From contig NC_042999.1 of NCBI RefSeq assembly GCF_006345805.1, positions 119,598,001-119,662,000 of the forward strand: a stretch of 64,000 nucleotides of DNA, in the 5' to 3' direction. Source of the stretch: Octopus sinensis (Eukaryota). The notes beneath the pieces are model-generated. The model saw only the letters and a list, made by a program, of their open reading frames with translations. It had not been told where the DNA came from and made no database searches. The translations under genes were made by a program, and so were the position numbers. The first letter of the stretch is position 1. Every line of letters begins with the position of its first letter. Of this stretch, positions 1-13,062 are shown in pieces.

Positions 1-3000
1 AATTCTTTTGTATCAAATTTCTACACAGCATAGGTGTAACCAAAGAACTTTATTAGATATGTTTCTTTGATTTGGAAAGAATAATTCAATTAAGAACTAT
101 TTATTTTTAACCTTAACATTGTTATTCCCAGAAACATTTTAATTTTTGAACAACGATATTGAATAGTGAAGGATCTTTAAATCAATATTGAAAGAAAATG
201 GTTATGAACGTGCAACCTGACTTAAACCTTAAATAATTCTAGATCAGCTGTTTACTTTTTGATGACACTAAGTGTACTTTCAGTTAGGTTTCAATCAATG
301 TCTATATTAAACTTGAAACAGCTCTTTAGATTGTTTGCATAAAAATATAAATTTCTATTAAGTTGTCTGACAAAATAATATGATTTCCATTTCTTAAGTA
401 GAAAACAAATGACTTGAGGCTACAAACATCAAGGCTGTCTTAACAGTCTTACAAACCCCCAGGCAAAGTAATGTACTTGGGTTTATAGTATTTGTTAATT
501 AAGAGCAAGCCACAGTGCATAGATTAGCACTGGACCCTTGGTGTCATAGCACAGCTCTTAGTGTGCTCATGCTTTAAAATGGCACTGACAGGTATCCTTT
601 TGTTTTGCATATGATTGAATTTGATGGTGAGTGCTCCAGCTGTTTGAACTACTTGCTCATTGACTTATACTGTGACTCATTTTCCCACAAACACTTATCT
701 ATTTAGACAGAATCAACATGATGCATTGTGTGTGTTTGTGTAGCAAGGCTGGCTCTTTGAATTAAAAGTACAGTTCATCCATTAGGTTTACACACAGTTT
801 CCACCTAACCAAGTTTACTTGCTAGGTTTTGGACATGATTAAAAACCTGTCAGATATATTGTACTTGTAACTTATTCGGAAAAGGACTGGTGGACGGGTG
901 AATAAGTTCACTTCTAAATCATGAGGTCCTGATTTCTGTATTTACACATACATATAAGCACACATATACACAATTAGGATGGGCTTTAGATTGCAGGTAT
1001 CCATTTATTTCACTTATGAGTGTGATTGCTGTTGTTGAGTTTGATTTGGATCAGCTATTTATCAGTAGACCTTGTGAATAAAGAATGTTTGCAATGCAAT
1101 GACTCTCCTATCTTTATGGCAGAAGTAGTTGTAACATTCAATATTTGTAATCCTCATTTTAAAAACAATAAGGATTTTTTGGTTGAAGGAAAAACGGTTT
1201 TTACTTTACTTAGATCTATGATTCATAGAATTCCAATATAGTCACTCAATTATACTTATTGCATATCTAATTTTGAATTAACCTTTTTTTTTATTAAAAG
1301 TATACAGAATAGCTTGTGTTTTTCTATCAACACATGCAGTTTGATAACATTTCAGTTAATAGAAGTTAAACCTACCTTTGCGATACTTTCAGGGCAACAG
1401 TTGTACATTGCATTTCTATTTATATGTATTTTGTAATTTTGTTATTGTTGATGACCCATAGTCCATTACTTTGTAAATATATCATTGCATAAATCATCTT
1501 AATATACTCTTTACAGAGATCAGTTCTCAACGGAAATTATCACTCAGCAAACTCTAGCCACATGATGGGTTAAATTCAGTTTTGTAAGCTAACAAAACAT
1601 TTGCTATTCTTATTGTTCATCTGTTGTTTATACAAGTTTTGTTTGGTGAGTTAAATTCACAGTTAGGTGGACTGAGTCATTAGACTATTTTCTCAGTTAT
1701 AACTCCAATTCAGCACTGTTAGCATAATTTTATCCACTAAAATATCAGTAGGTTTACCAGTAGTCTGTTTTCTTAGTAAACTGTACAAGTAGGGAATGTA
1801 TTACTAGCATTTTCTATATTTCCAAAGTTATGCACTCCTTGAAGAATGTTGCTGTAACAGAGAATTTCTCTAATGTGAAACACATTTTTCCATGTTATGC
1901 CAATAAATATACAAATCAAATCAATGGAAAAATAAAGTTTTGAGCTCTGGAACTCCACACTACAGCAATATTTTCATGTACACAATACTTCTGTAACAAT
2001 GAGGAATGCTGTACTCAATTTTCTTCCATCAAGTAAAGTGAAAATTGTCATTAGGTTTACTTTGATTTCTGTGGTTGGTTCTTAATAGAAAGGATATCAA
2101 ATTGTGAATGATCAGTTCGATTGTTCTGTCAGATATCTAAAATAATCATTAAAACATTCATCTTATATTAATATAAAAAAAGTAATGGATGAAAAATTTT
2201 AGGAACATAATATTACTGGATGACACTTAATAAGTGATATTTGCAATATTGTTGCTATGTTTCAGTAGTCATATGGGTAAGGTGAACCTTTTTAGATTTT
2301 TGCATGAACATAGTGAACAATCATAATTTTATTTTTAATAGCAGCATATTATTTGTACCTTCAATCACTCACATGTGAAGTTAGTAAGCTGCCTGCTTTC
2401 AGATAGGCAGATGAAGCAAGCAAAGATCATGCTTTCTATGGAGGCACAGTACAATATGCAATCCTAGATGTTGCAGTGCTTGTTACAAAAACTTTTACTT
2501 CACATAGTAATGATATTTAAAAGAAAATTAAGATTTGATTGAATATTCAAAATGCATTCCACTATGAGTTACATTTTTAGTAAATATAGAATTTTTCAGT
2601 TTTTATGAGTAATTTTTGTAATAGAGAATAGAATTCTTTGAATAACGAACATTTAAGAACTAAGTGAACTTATGATTTCCACAAAGGTGACAACATCTTC
2701 AGGGATAAATATCTAAAGCAAAATAGTCTATTATTGTTATTGTTAATAAACATATATATTACTTATGTTCATCATGTGAAATAATTTTGGCCAGATTTTA
2801 GATTAATATTTTTAATTTATTTTGTTCTTTTTGAGCTTCAGGACGTTGCATGTGATATTTAGAATTCAACCAGATTATTATTTTTTTTTTTATCTACTCT
2901 CGTAATCCTTAAACTAACAGTTAATAACAGTTCAGTTTCTCAAATATTCATCTTATCTATGCACCAGTCAGCCTTTGTATTGCTTAACATTGATAATCTA

Positions 3001-6000
3001 CCATGAATAGATGCTTTCAACACAAACTGGCTGCAAGGAGAAATGGTAAATGATGAAGGATTCCGAGGACAGCATCACGGAAGTTTGACCTTTGGCAGAT
3101 ATTTACATAGAAGGTCAGTAGTGAGCATCAGGTTAAATATCTGAAAGCCATGTAACTCAGTTGTGTGTTTTATCATTTCCCCATCCACTTTGCAATCCAG
3201 ATAGTGATCAGACACCAAATCAATAAGCAGTGAAATCTCTGTTGCAATGAAATGTTTCCATTGTGCTAAATTTACCAAACGAGCTACACAAACACATAAC
3301 AGGTGAGGCTGACATGCTACTTCAGTTATCAGCAATAGCATACGGCAATGTACCATGGGAACTGCTAATTGAAGTCTGCTATGACTGCTCTACTTAACTT
3401 AGTAGCGGCTAATAATAGTGATAATAGTAACGATGTTGACCATTATAATGACACCAATCATGTTGATAGCAGGAAAGGTGGTCATGCATATTAGGTTGAT
3501 CAAAATAGTAATTTGTCTTTCAAGATATTGTGATAGATGTTGGTTTGTAGAGGATTTAACTTTGCATACTTTACATCGCAAGTCAGAGTTAACCTCACGT
3601 CAATTAATTTACATCAACAATACTTTTATTGAAAAGCTGAATTACACAAGTTTCTTTTCTAGAAATATAGACGCAAATGAAAAACTGTTATTTATTCTAA
3701 CAGTGAGAAGAATGGCTGAAGTTGTAGAGATTCAGTTAAGGCTTTCTTATGTTGTTGCTGTTTAATCTTCAGATCAGCTTTGACTGAATACATCTAACAT
3801 CAAAGACATACCAATCATGACCATCCATCTCATTATTATATAGATTATCTCGAACTACATTATCAACTGTTTCAATCCCTTTTCATGTTAAGAAACAATG
3901 TAACGGCTCCTTTACTGGCATGGGATTTTTAATGTTGCTTTAATCAAACAGACCTGTGGTCAAAAGGCATTCCCGCTATGAATGACCATCCTGTCTCTTT
4001 TTGCGTTTCAAATATAGTGTATCTAAGGTCGTGTTATCCAATAGACTCTTTCTTTTAAAAGTGTGTGCTTTGAAGGAGATCTGACTGTTATTTCTAGGAA
4101 GCCGAATGACCACATAGGGGCTTCCTCATCAGCTCATTGTCATTAAGCAGCTTGGTGGTTTGCCCTTCTGAGTTCAGTTCATATGATTGTCATCAATGGG
4201 TGGCTTTTCAACACTCTGACATTAATAAAATATTTTGTGATGGATTCTATTGTCACCAAGCTTATCTCCCCAGAGAGAGTGAGAGGGAAAGAGAAAGAGA
4301 AGGAGAAAAAGTGAGGGAGAGAGATAGAGAAAGAAGGGAAGAGATTGCGAAGTGGGTAATCGGTGATGTGTAAGAAATTAAGAAATTATTATTGTCTATT
4401 GGGAAAGATGTAATGGATGGATGAATAGGGTGTTATATGCATTTGTACCTCGTTGCAAGATGCATTAGAGCTGTTGAGTTAAAGTGTTGGATTTCTGACT
4501 GCATGCTCGTTAGATCAAACATTTCTGCTAGCTCCATTATATATCTTACTATGAACGATACAATGGCTCTAGTGAGGCTGAAGCACATGATTTTGTAAGT
4601 GGTTTTTGGTTCAGAACCTTAGAGTTTAGTAATTATAATTGTGTCCTGGCCTCTTGGGAATCTATAAATATCTCTAGTTTCATGAAATGTGAGGTAAATA
4701 TCATCATTGATATGGGAATATTGTATTTCATGTACCATTCCAGATGATTGTGCATTTCTCCTGAAGAGATGCTTGAACATGGTAACTTTCAATTTTCTCC
4801 ATTTCAACATAAACAAATCTTGTATATCAATCATCATCTCTTTTAACATACACTTTTTCATACACGTGTGTACTGATTGATGTAGATTTTTTTACAGCTA
4901 GATACCACTCCTATCACCAGCCCTTACCTGTTCCCAAACACTGCAATATTTCCCCATGTCTAGACATGTTTGCACAGAAAATTGGAAATGAGTGACACCA
5001 CTTTTATGACAGTGACACTCATTTACAACTCAAATGCAATATCAAGGCAAGAAGACAGAAACGCACACAAAAACACACTCAAATACACACATACAGACAT
5101 ACAGACATCCATGTACACACCTGCACACATACACACACACACACTCACACATACATATTATGTAAGCTTCTTTCGGTTTCTGTCTACCATATCTACTCAC
5201 AAAGCTTTGGTTAACCCAGGGATATATTCAAAGATACATGTCCATACACAATGGAACTAAACCTATAAGTAGTTTACTCCTTAACCATTCAAGCATATGT
5301 GTGTGGTTAAGTTCAAATAGCCTTTGCTTTTCATACTTCTGAAATTGATAGAATAAAGTACAAGTTAAATACTGAGGTGTATTTGATCAACTATCCTCAC
5401 CAGCCACAAAATTTTTGAGCTGGTGCCTATGTTAAAAATAATTATTTGTAGTTGACATCATAAGATCATAAGATGTAAACAGCTAAAAATTTTGAGAGAA
5501 CATGAAATAATTCATTTTGGAATTGGATCTTATATAAAGTTATAAATAATAGTATTGGGTTGAAAAACACTTTTTCTATCTAAGAAGAGATTTTCAATCC
5601 AATATTTACATGCTATGAATCATAACTTTATCCCTTTAGCATTTAAACTAGCCATATACAGTCAAAATTTTCTATCTGTTTTATATTCACACCAGTCAGA
5701 TCTAGCCTCTTATACCTAACCTTATAATGTCATCATAAAACTAAACAGCCACATCAAATCTCAGAGCTACCAGATATTGCATGATTAATTCAATACAATG
5801 TGAATAAATAAGCATTGTGTTTGACAGAGTAATTTGAATGCTGAAGAGTTATATGTACTTTGAGATCCAATTCCAAAAAAGAATTATAACTGTTGCTATT
5901 ATTAAGGTGATGATTAAGAAGAATCATTTTAGTATTTGGTAAAATGTATTGTGATATTTGTCCCATCTCTTTACATACTAAATTCGAAATCCCACTACAG

Positions 6001-7755
6001 TCAAATCGGTTTTTCACCCTCTCAGGGTAGATGAAATAAAGTATCAGTCATGTACTGCATTTGATTTACTTAACTAAGCTCTCCACCCAAATTTATAACC
6101 TTTTAACAGGGTTAAAATGGTACAATGTGGCTAAGGCCCTGGGTAAATAAGAATCAAGATAAAGAATATCAAGAAAAATAAAGAGAAGTTAAAGTTGGTT
6201 GCCACATTTATTTCACTGCTAAAAGAAAATACAGCAACTGGTATACATGAATGATTCTTTTAACTGAAATACTAGGTTCCTCATGCTTCTTCAAGATGAA
6301 GATGTATGAAAGAAAAACACAAAACATGGCAACAAGAATCTCTTTTGACAGCTCTCTCCCTCACTGAGGCTGCAAAGTGGAATAAAACTGTTCTCATGCT
6401 GAAGATCCAAACTTACACATGATGACCTACCACACTAAGGAATTAGCAGGAAAAGCTTCCTCTATACAGCAGATGTTGGCACACTTAGCTAGTCTATCAT
6501 GTTAAGAGGTGGACAGCCTGTGTAAAGCTAGATGGACTCAACCATCATGTGATGAGCCAAAATTTGGGTACCTAAAAGTAAAAAGGCAAAATGTGGGTAC
6601 CTAAAGGTAAAGAGTGAACATGCTTGCTACAACCGTATATCTGTGTTGGATATTATTTAGAGGGATTGGCAGAATTGTTAGTGCATTGGACAAAAAAACC
6701 TTGTAATATTTATTGCAGCTAAGGCAGTAAGCTGGAAGAATTGTTAGCATGCTGGGCAAAATGTTTAGTGGCATTTTGTCTATCCTTATATGCTGAATTT
6801 AAATGTTTCCAGAGTTGACTTTGCCTTTCAGCTTATTGAAGTTGATAAAATAAGTACCAGTTGAACACTTGGGGTCAGTTTAATCAATTCAGCCCTTCCT
6901 CAAAACCAATATTCATGCTAGCTGCTTACATGCTGAGTTTGACTGGGTTCAACTTTGCTATTCATCTTACTGAGATCAATAAAGTAAAGTACTGGAGTTA
7001 ACAGTTATAACTAAACCCTCCTTCAAACTTCAGATTCTTGTCTTTGATGCTCCTTTTGTTTCACCCATTCTGAGAAGTATGTCCAGTGTGAGATGTGATA
7101 TTTTGTTGGGTGGTGTTTATGGCAAATAAATGCTGTGTAGTCAGTGTCAAGTGTTTTAGTGTAATATATTGATGGCTGAATATGTGTACTGTGTAAGCTG
7201 TTATATTATTAGATAGTAATTGTGGAGAATAATGTTGCAAAAGTTGTTAGTGTTATAGTGTTTGTTAGCTAGGTAGTGATCATGTGTATGTACTGTTATT
7301 TTATTAAGCAGCAACTGTACAGAATATGTGATGTGTTTAAAGTGTTTTTAGTGATTCCTTAAAGTGTTTGTAGTGATGCACTATTTTATTAGGTGGTTCT
7401 TGTTCTGGGAATCTGTTGAAGGCAGAGTGTACTGCCTGAGTTGTGTTATCAAACTGAATGGATGTGGACTATTGCATAGCACAGAAATTTTTGTACTGCA
7501 TATAATGTGAACTCTGGTAAAATCTATGTGCTTTTGATAATTTTTCATAATACCTAGTGTTCTCAATATTATTTTCAAATTTTGGCCAACAATTTTGGGG
7601 AAGAAGTTAAGCCAATTACATTGACCCACTGGGTTCAACTGTTACTTATTTCATCTTTCACCAAAGGATGAAAGTTGACCTTGGCAGAATCTGAAGTCAG
7701 ACTATAAAGACAGACGAAATAATGCTAAACATTTTGCCTGGTGTGCTAACAATTC

Positions 7756-7973
7756 TTATTTCTTTACTACCCACCAGGGGGACAAACAAGGACACACAAA
7801 CGGATTAAGTCGATTACATTGACCCCAGTGTGTAACTGGTACTTATTTAATCGACCCCGAAAGGATGAAAGGCAATGTCGACCTCGGCAAAATTTGAACT
7901 CAGAACATAGTGGCAGACGAAATACCGCTAAGCATTTTGCCCGGCGTGCTAACATTTCTGCCAGCTCGCCGTC
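7756..7973 (-). mobile_element. tRNA-derived SINE (young copy, octopus-type family 1)
   Basis: Minus strand starts GACGGCGAGCTGGCAGAAATGTTAGCACGCCGGG (A-box-like) and contains GAGTTCAAATTTT (B-box-like). Near-identical to the copy at 56014-56242. Older copies lie at about 6720-6900, 7600-7750, 8398-8610 and 10041-10210. Confidence 0.85.
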
Positions 7974-8323
7974 TTCCTAGTGCTCTTAATATTAATGGTG
8001 TTGTTTTAACTTTTATGATCTGCATCTTGCTTTATTTCAATTTCAAAATCCCTGTACTTTGACATTTTCTCCACCTCCTATCATGCAATATTTTGGTCAG
8101 ATGATTTTGAGATGTCTATCAGAGTAGAGATATTCTCTTGGCAGACCTTGATAATTATATCTGGAAAGATTACATTGATCTCATCATCTGTCTTAATAGA
8201 CATGTCCTAAATGGTTGTAACCAGGTTGTTGTCATATTTCCTGTTTAGTACATGTTTAAACCACTCTTATCTGTTTTCATGTCAAAATATTGGCATACTG
8301 CTCTGTGAACTTTGTTATTATTG

Positions 8324-8380
<57 letters not shown>

Positions 8381-8614
8381 TATTATTATTTTTTTCTTAA
8401 GGTGGCAAGCTGGTAGAATTGCTATGCCACTCAAAATGCTTTGCAGCATTTCATCCAACTTTACAAATCCCGAGTTCAAATTTCACTGAGGTTGACTCTG
8501 CCTCTGCTCCTATTAAAGTCAGTGAAATAAGTACCAGTTAACCATGTGGGTTGATGAAATTGACATGCCCCACCAAAAAATATTGCTGGCCTTGTACCTA
8601 TAATAGAAAGGATT

Positions 8615-8645
<31 letters not shown>

Positions 8646-8660
8646 TTATTATTATTATTA

Positions 8661-8693
<33 letters not shown>

Positions 8694-8719
8694 CATAATA
8701 ATTATTATTATTATAATTA

Positions 8720-9935
8720 TTGATTTGACTCAGGTTCAGTCTTATTCCTGATAGGATTTTTGTGGTCACTACCACAAAATCCTATTAGTAATAAGCAGGT
8801 CACTACCTGTAACCTTAGATATCCACAAGTTTTTAATAGTCTTTCAATTGCTTAGAACCTTCCTGATAATCTTTCCTTTCCCCAAGATGCAAACTTTCTG
8901 TAGAAGTTCTGCATAACATTCTATTCCAATCTCTTTCAACCATTTGTCTATATCAGTGGTTTTCAACCAGGGTTCTACGGAAACTTAGAGTTCCGCCAGT
9001 ACAGTCTAGGGGTTCCGCAAGAAGTTACATAAATGTTAAAATCGACAGTAATTTTTAATTCTCCTGTGCATATATGGTGTGTACATGTTAGGCCTACGTG
9101 TACATCTATGAGTTGCACGCCAGTGTAGATTACTCTGATCCTTGGTGTGTATATGTACAACTACAAGTTACACGCCAGCGTAGATGACCCTGATCTTTGG
9201 TGTGTACATATACGTGCACATCTACGAGTTGCATGCTAGCTTAGATGATGGTTTAGCTTTCTTTTGTAAAATACGAGTGACTATATTTGGAAGAAACATT
9301 TTAACTGTGTAGGCTATTTAGGTGTTGTTGTTAATATGCCTTTTAAAAGATCTTTAGCTTTTTAAAAGGCGTTTTTGTAAAATGCTTTTCTTATATGACG
9401 TCTATTAATATTTGGTCAAATGTTTAGATTAAAAAATTCGAAAAAGAGTTGAATTACATATGTAGAAAAAAAATAAGAAATAGGGAAACTGATACTAAAT
9501 TATAAGATATGTAAATATGCATAAATATTAATTCCTTACAAATTTCTAAATTAGAACAATGAACAAATAAACGACATTTTAAATTCAAATCCAAAAATCT
9601 AGATTTAATGAGAATAAATGTAATTTTTTCAAACTAAAGTTTTTTAATACATGCTTGAATAATAACTGTAGATGCAAGAATAAAATTGCATATGTACGTG
9701 ACAATTTTTTTACAGTTTGTGTTTTTATTGTAAATAAACCTGAACATGAGTATTTTCATTTCATTAATTAAATGCTGTTTTTTGCATAACACGATTAAAT
9801 TATTGCACAGGGGTTCCTCGAGCCAGTGGAATATTTCCTTGGGGTTCCGCTCCAGCAAAAAAGTTGAAAAGCACTGGTCTATATCTTTGCTTATGATTCC
9901 CAGTGTACCAATTAATACAGGCATAACCTTTACAG
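8720..9935 (-). mobile_element. 3' end of an R4/Dong-clade (REL endonuclease) non-LTR retrotransposon, split by a hAT insertion
   Basis: Removing 8954-9876 plus one TSD copy gives the in-frame minus-strand peptide TVKVMPVLIGTLGIISKDIDKWLKEIGIECYAELLQKVCILGKGKIIRKVLSN*, typical of R4/Dong C-termini. Flanked on both sides by (TAA)n on the minus strand. Confidence 0.75.
8954..9876. mobile_element. Non-autonomous hAT (Charlie-like) DNA transposon, 923 bp
   Basis: TIRs CAGTGGTTTTCAAC / GTTGAAAAGCACTG (13/14 match). Exact 8-bp TSD GTCTATAT at 8946-8953 and 9877-9884. Internal ~58-bp imperfect direct repeats at about 9100-9245. No transposase ORF. Confidence 0.92.
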
Positions 9936-9960
9936 TTATTATTACTACTTCTACTACTAC

Positions 9961-10008
<48 letters not shown>

Positions 10009-10391
10009 TACTACTACTATTATTGTTGTTGTTGTTGTTGATGGCAGAATTGTTAGCATGCTGGGCAAGATGCTTAGCAGCATTTCATCTATCTTTATAT
10101 TCCCAGTTCAAATTCTACTAAGGTTGACATTGCCTTTCATCCCTTTCGGGGTCAATAAATTAAGTACCAGTGGAGTACTGGAGTCGATTTAGTCGATTCA
10201 ACCCCTCCCTATATCATCATCATCAACCCCTGCTTATATACTCTTCTTCCTCCTCCTTCTCATCATAGTTATTATCATTATCATTATTATCATAACTATT
10301 ATCATTATTATTATTATTAGTAGTAGTAGTAGTAGTCGTAGTAGTCGTAGTAGTAGTTGTGGTAGTAGTAGCAGTAGCAGCAGTAGCAGCT

Positions 10392-10439
<48 letters not shown>

Positions 10440-10829
10440 ATAGAAAAGTATTTGCAGTATTTCTTCCGGCTCTTTAAATTCTGAGTTCACATCCTACTAG
10501 GGTCAACTTTGTTTTCAACCTTCCAGGATTGATATAATGGTGGATTTGTTGAATTCTTTGTGTGTCTGACAAAATTCCTTGCTGAATTCAATTCTGTCTT
10601 TCATCCTTTGTGGGTCAATAAAATTCAAGTACTAATCAAATACTGAAGTCAATATAATCGACTATATCTCTGCTTCAAATACTGGCTGTTTGCCTGTTTT
10701 GGAAATGACTTTTATTATAATATTTTCAACAACAACATGTGAGCTACTACAATCTCACCAGTTTCCAGAGTATTCTCGGGGTCCTTTACAGCATCATGTT
10801 TTGGGAAAGCAAACCAGTATCATCATTAT

Positions 10830-12600
10830 CATTGTCGTCATCATTGAATGTCCGTTGTCCATGCTGGTATGCATTGGATAATTTTACCAGGACTGGCAAA
10901 CTAGAAGGCTGCAACAGACTCCTGTCTGATTTGGCGTGGTTTCTCTAGCTTCCTAATGCTAACCACTCTGAGAATGTTATTGATGCTTTTATGTGCCGCT
11001 GGCAAGGGCACCATTTGCATCACACCAGTATCTGCCATGACTGCAATTTTACTTGGCTTGACAGCCTTCTCTTCAAGCACAACATAATGCCAAAGGTTTT
11101 GGTCATTGCTTCCATGAAGCTCGACACTTGAAAGGAGCTTAGCCACTTTGCCTCGGTGAGGCCCAATGCTTGAAAGTGCTTTTTACGTGCCACCGGCATG
11201 GGTGCCAGTTATTTGATAGCAGCATCAACCATGACTACGATTTCACTTGACTTGGCAGGTTTTCTCAAGTACAGCATATTGCCAAAGGTCTCAGTCACTA
11301 GTATTGCCCCTGCGAGGTCGAAAGTTTGAAGATCATGCTTCACCTCTCTGTCCCATGTCTTCCTGGGTCTACCTCTACCGCAGGTTCCCTTCACAATTAA
11401 AGATCAGCACTTCTTTACGCAGCTGTCATTGTCCATATGCATCCCATGACTATACCAGCACAGTCATCTCTCTTGCACACCACATCTGCTGCCTCTTATA
11501 CCCAACTTTTCTCTCAAGAGGCTTACACTGTTGAACATGCACACTGACTTTGCACATCTAGCAAGCATACTAGCTTCATTTCTTTCAAGCCTACCCATGT
11601 CCTCAGCTGTCACAGCCCATGTTTCACTGTCATGTAGCATGGCTGTTCACACACAGGCATCATACAATCTGCCTTTCACTCTGAGAAGGAGGCTCTTTGT
11701 TGCCAGCAGAGGTAAGAGCTCTCTGAACTTTGCCCAGCCTAATCTTATTCTCACAGCTATGTTCTCAGAGCATCTACCTCCACTACTAACTTGGTCACCA
11801 AGGTAACAGAAGCTATCTACTACCTCTATCTCACCCACTGGCAGTTGATGGAGTCTATTTTCTGTACATTTTCAGTGTTTATTGTACTAGTGCATCTTCC
11901 ACACACAAAAGCTATTTTCCCTGTTAACGTTCCTCTGATATTGCTGCACCTTTTATGTATCCAAAGCTTACACCAGGGGCATCTTATGAAGTTTCTACCT
12001 ATGCCTTTTCTACAGATCAAGCAGGGCTATCTGCTTCAAGGGACTTGTGATTCGTCTGCCTTCCTACTTACTGAGACTTTGGTTTTTGCTAAGGCCCTTC
12101 AGTTCTAGACCATGCTTCTATACCTAGAACTTCTCTAGTTCTGGTAGTTATTCATCTATAAGAATAAGGTCATCAGTATACAGGAGCTCCCAGGGGAAGC
12201 CTGTCTTAAATACTTCAATCATTACCTGATGGACTATGAAGAACAAGACAGGGTTGAGGACAGATCCTTGGTGAACCCAACTTGTACCCTGAATTCTTCA
12301 CTGTACTCATTGCCAACCCTCACCTTACTGGTAGTCTCCCAGTGCATGGCTTGTACAGCTCTCACCAACCACTCATCTATCCATAGTTTTCACATTGACC
12401 ACCAGATAAGGGATCAGCGGATCCTGTCAAAGGCTTTCTCCAAGACAATAAAAGCCAAGCATAGAGGGTTATCTTTGGCTATGTATTTCTCCTTCAGCTG
12501 CCTTACCAGAAATATAGCCTCAGTGGTGCTTCTCCATGGCACAAAACCTAACTGCATCTCATCTAGACTAACTCTCTCCATAATTTTCATCACCCGATTC
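10830..12600 (-). mobile_element. 5'-truncated, decayed RTE-clade LINE (RT, PHD-like finger, 3' UTR)
   Basis: Minus-strand peptides: VMKIMER..LDEMQLGFVPWRSTTEAIFLVRQLKEKY..AFIVLEKAFDR, PWELLYTDDL, VDSFCYLGD, GWAKFRELLPLL, CGRGRPRKTW. Ends in the shared 3' UTR with a (TGA)n-like tail. Contains several stops and frameshifts. Confidence 0.88.
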
Positions 12601-12602
12601 AT

Positions 12603-12641
<39 letters not shown>

Positions 12642-12682
12642 CAGACACACACACACAGACACACACACGGACACACACACAG

Positions 12683-12738
<56 letters not shown>

Positions 12739-13062
12739 CATCACTTTTGCTTTGCTTTACATTGTAGTTTATTTTAGTGGTTCATTGATGCAGTATTGTA
12801 AAATGCTTAAGAAGTTCTGAGTCTAACCTCACTGGGAAAATTTCATTTTTTATAGCCTCATTTCAATCCATACAATGTGAGTGAAATTGGACAAACAGAA
12901 ACAGTTAAGAAAACCAATAGGTGGATTTTACTTGTAATACAAACAGTACAGACTTGTCACACACTTTATCAAGATCATCTTAAGACATAGGAATCCTGTG
13001 AAGTCACCCAGAAGCTTCACATGTCTAGAGGCTCAATTCAGGCCTATTGCTGTCAATAGATA

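Noticed and set aside
3011-3302. Possible plus-strand exons (AG|ATGCTT..AAG|GTCAGT encoding DAFNTNWLQGEMVNDEGFRGQHHGSLTFGRYLHR, and 3201-3302) and the antisense 93-aa ORF
   Set aside because: The first has a weak acceptor and no recognisable homology. The second has stops in all three frames. Needs RNA-seq.
4081-4137. Minus-strand CUGAUGA-GGAAGCC..GGCUUCC-UA-GAAA hammerhead look-alike
   Set aside because: There is a 2-nt insertion before GAAA, only a marginal stem III, and stem I does not pair in register. It lies in an unrelated repeat and is likely coincidental.
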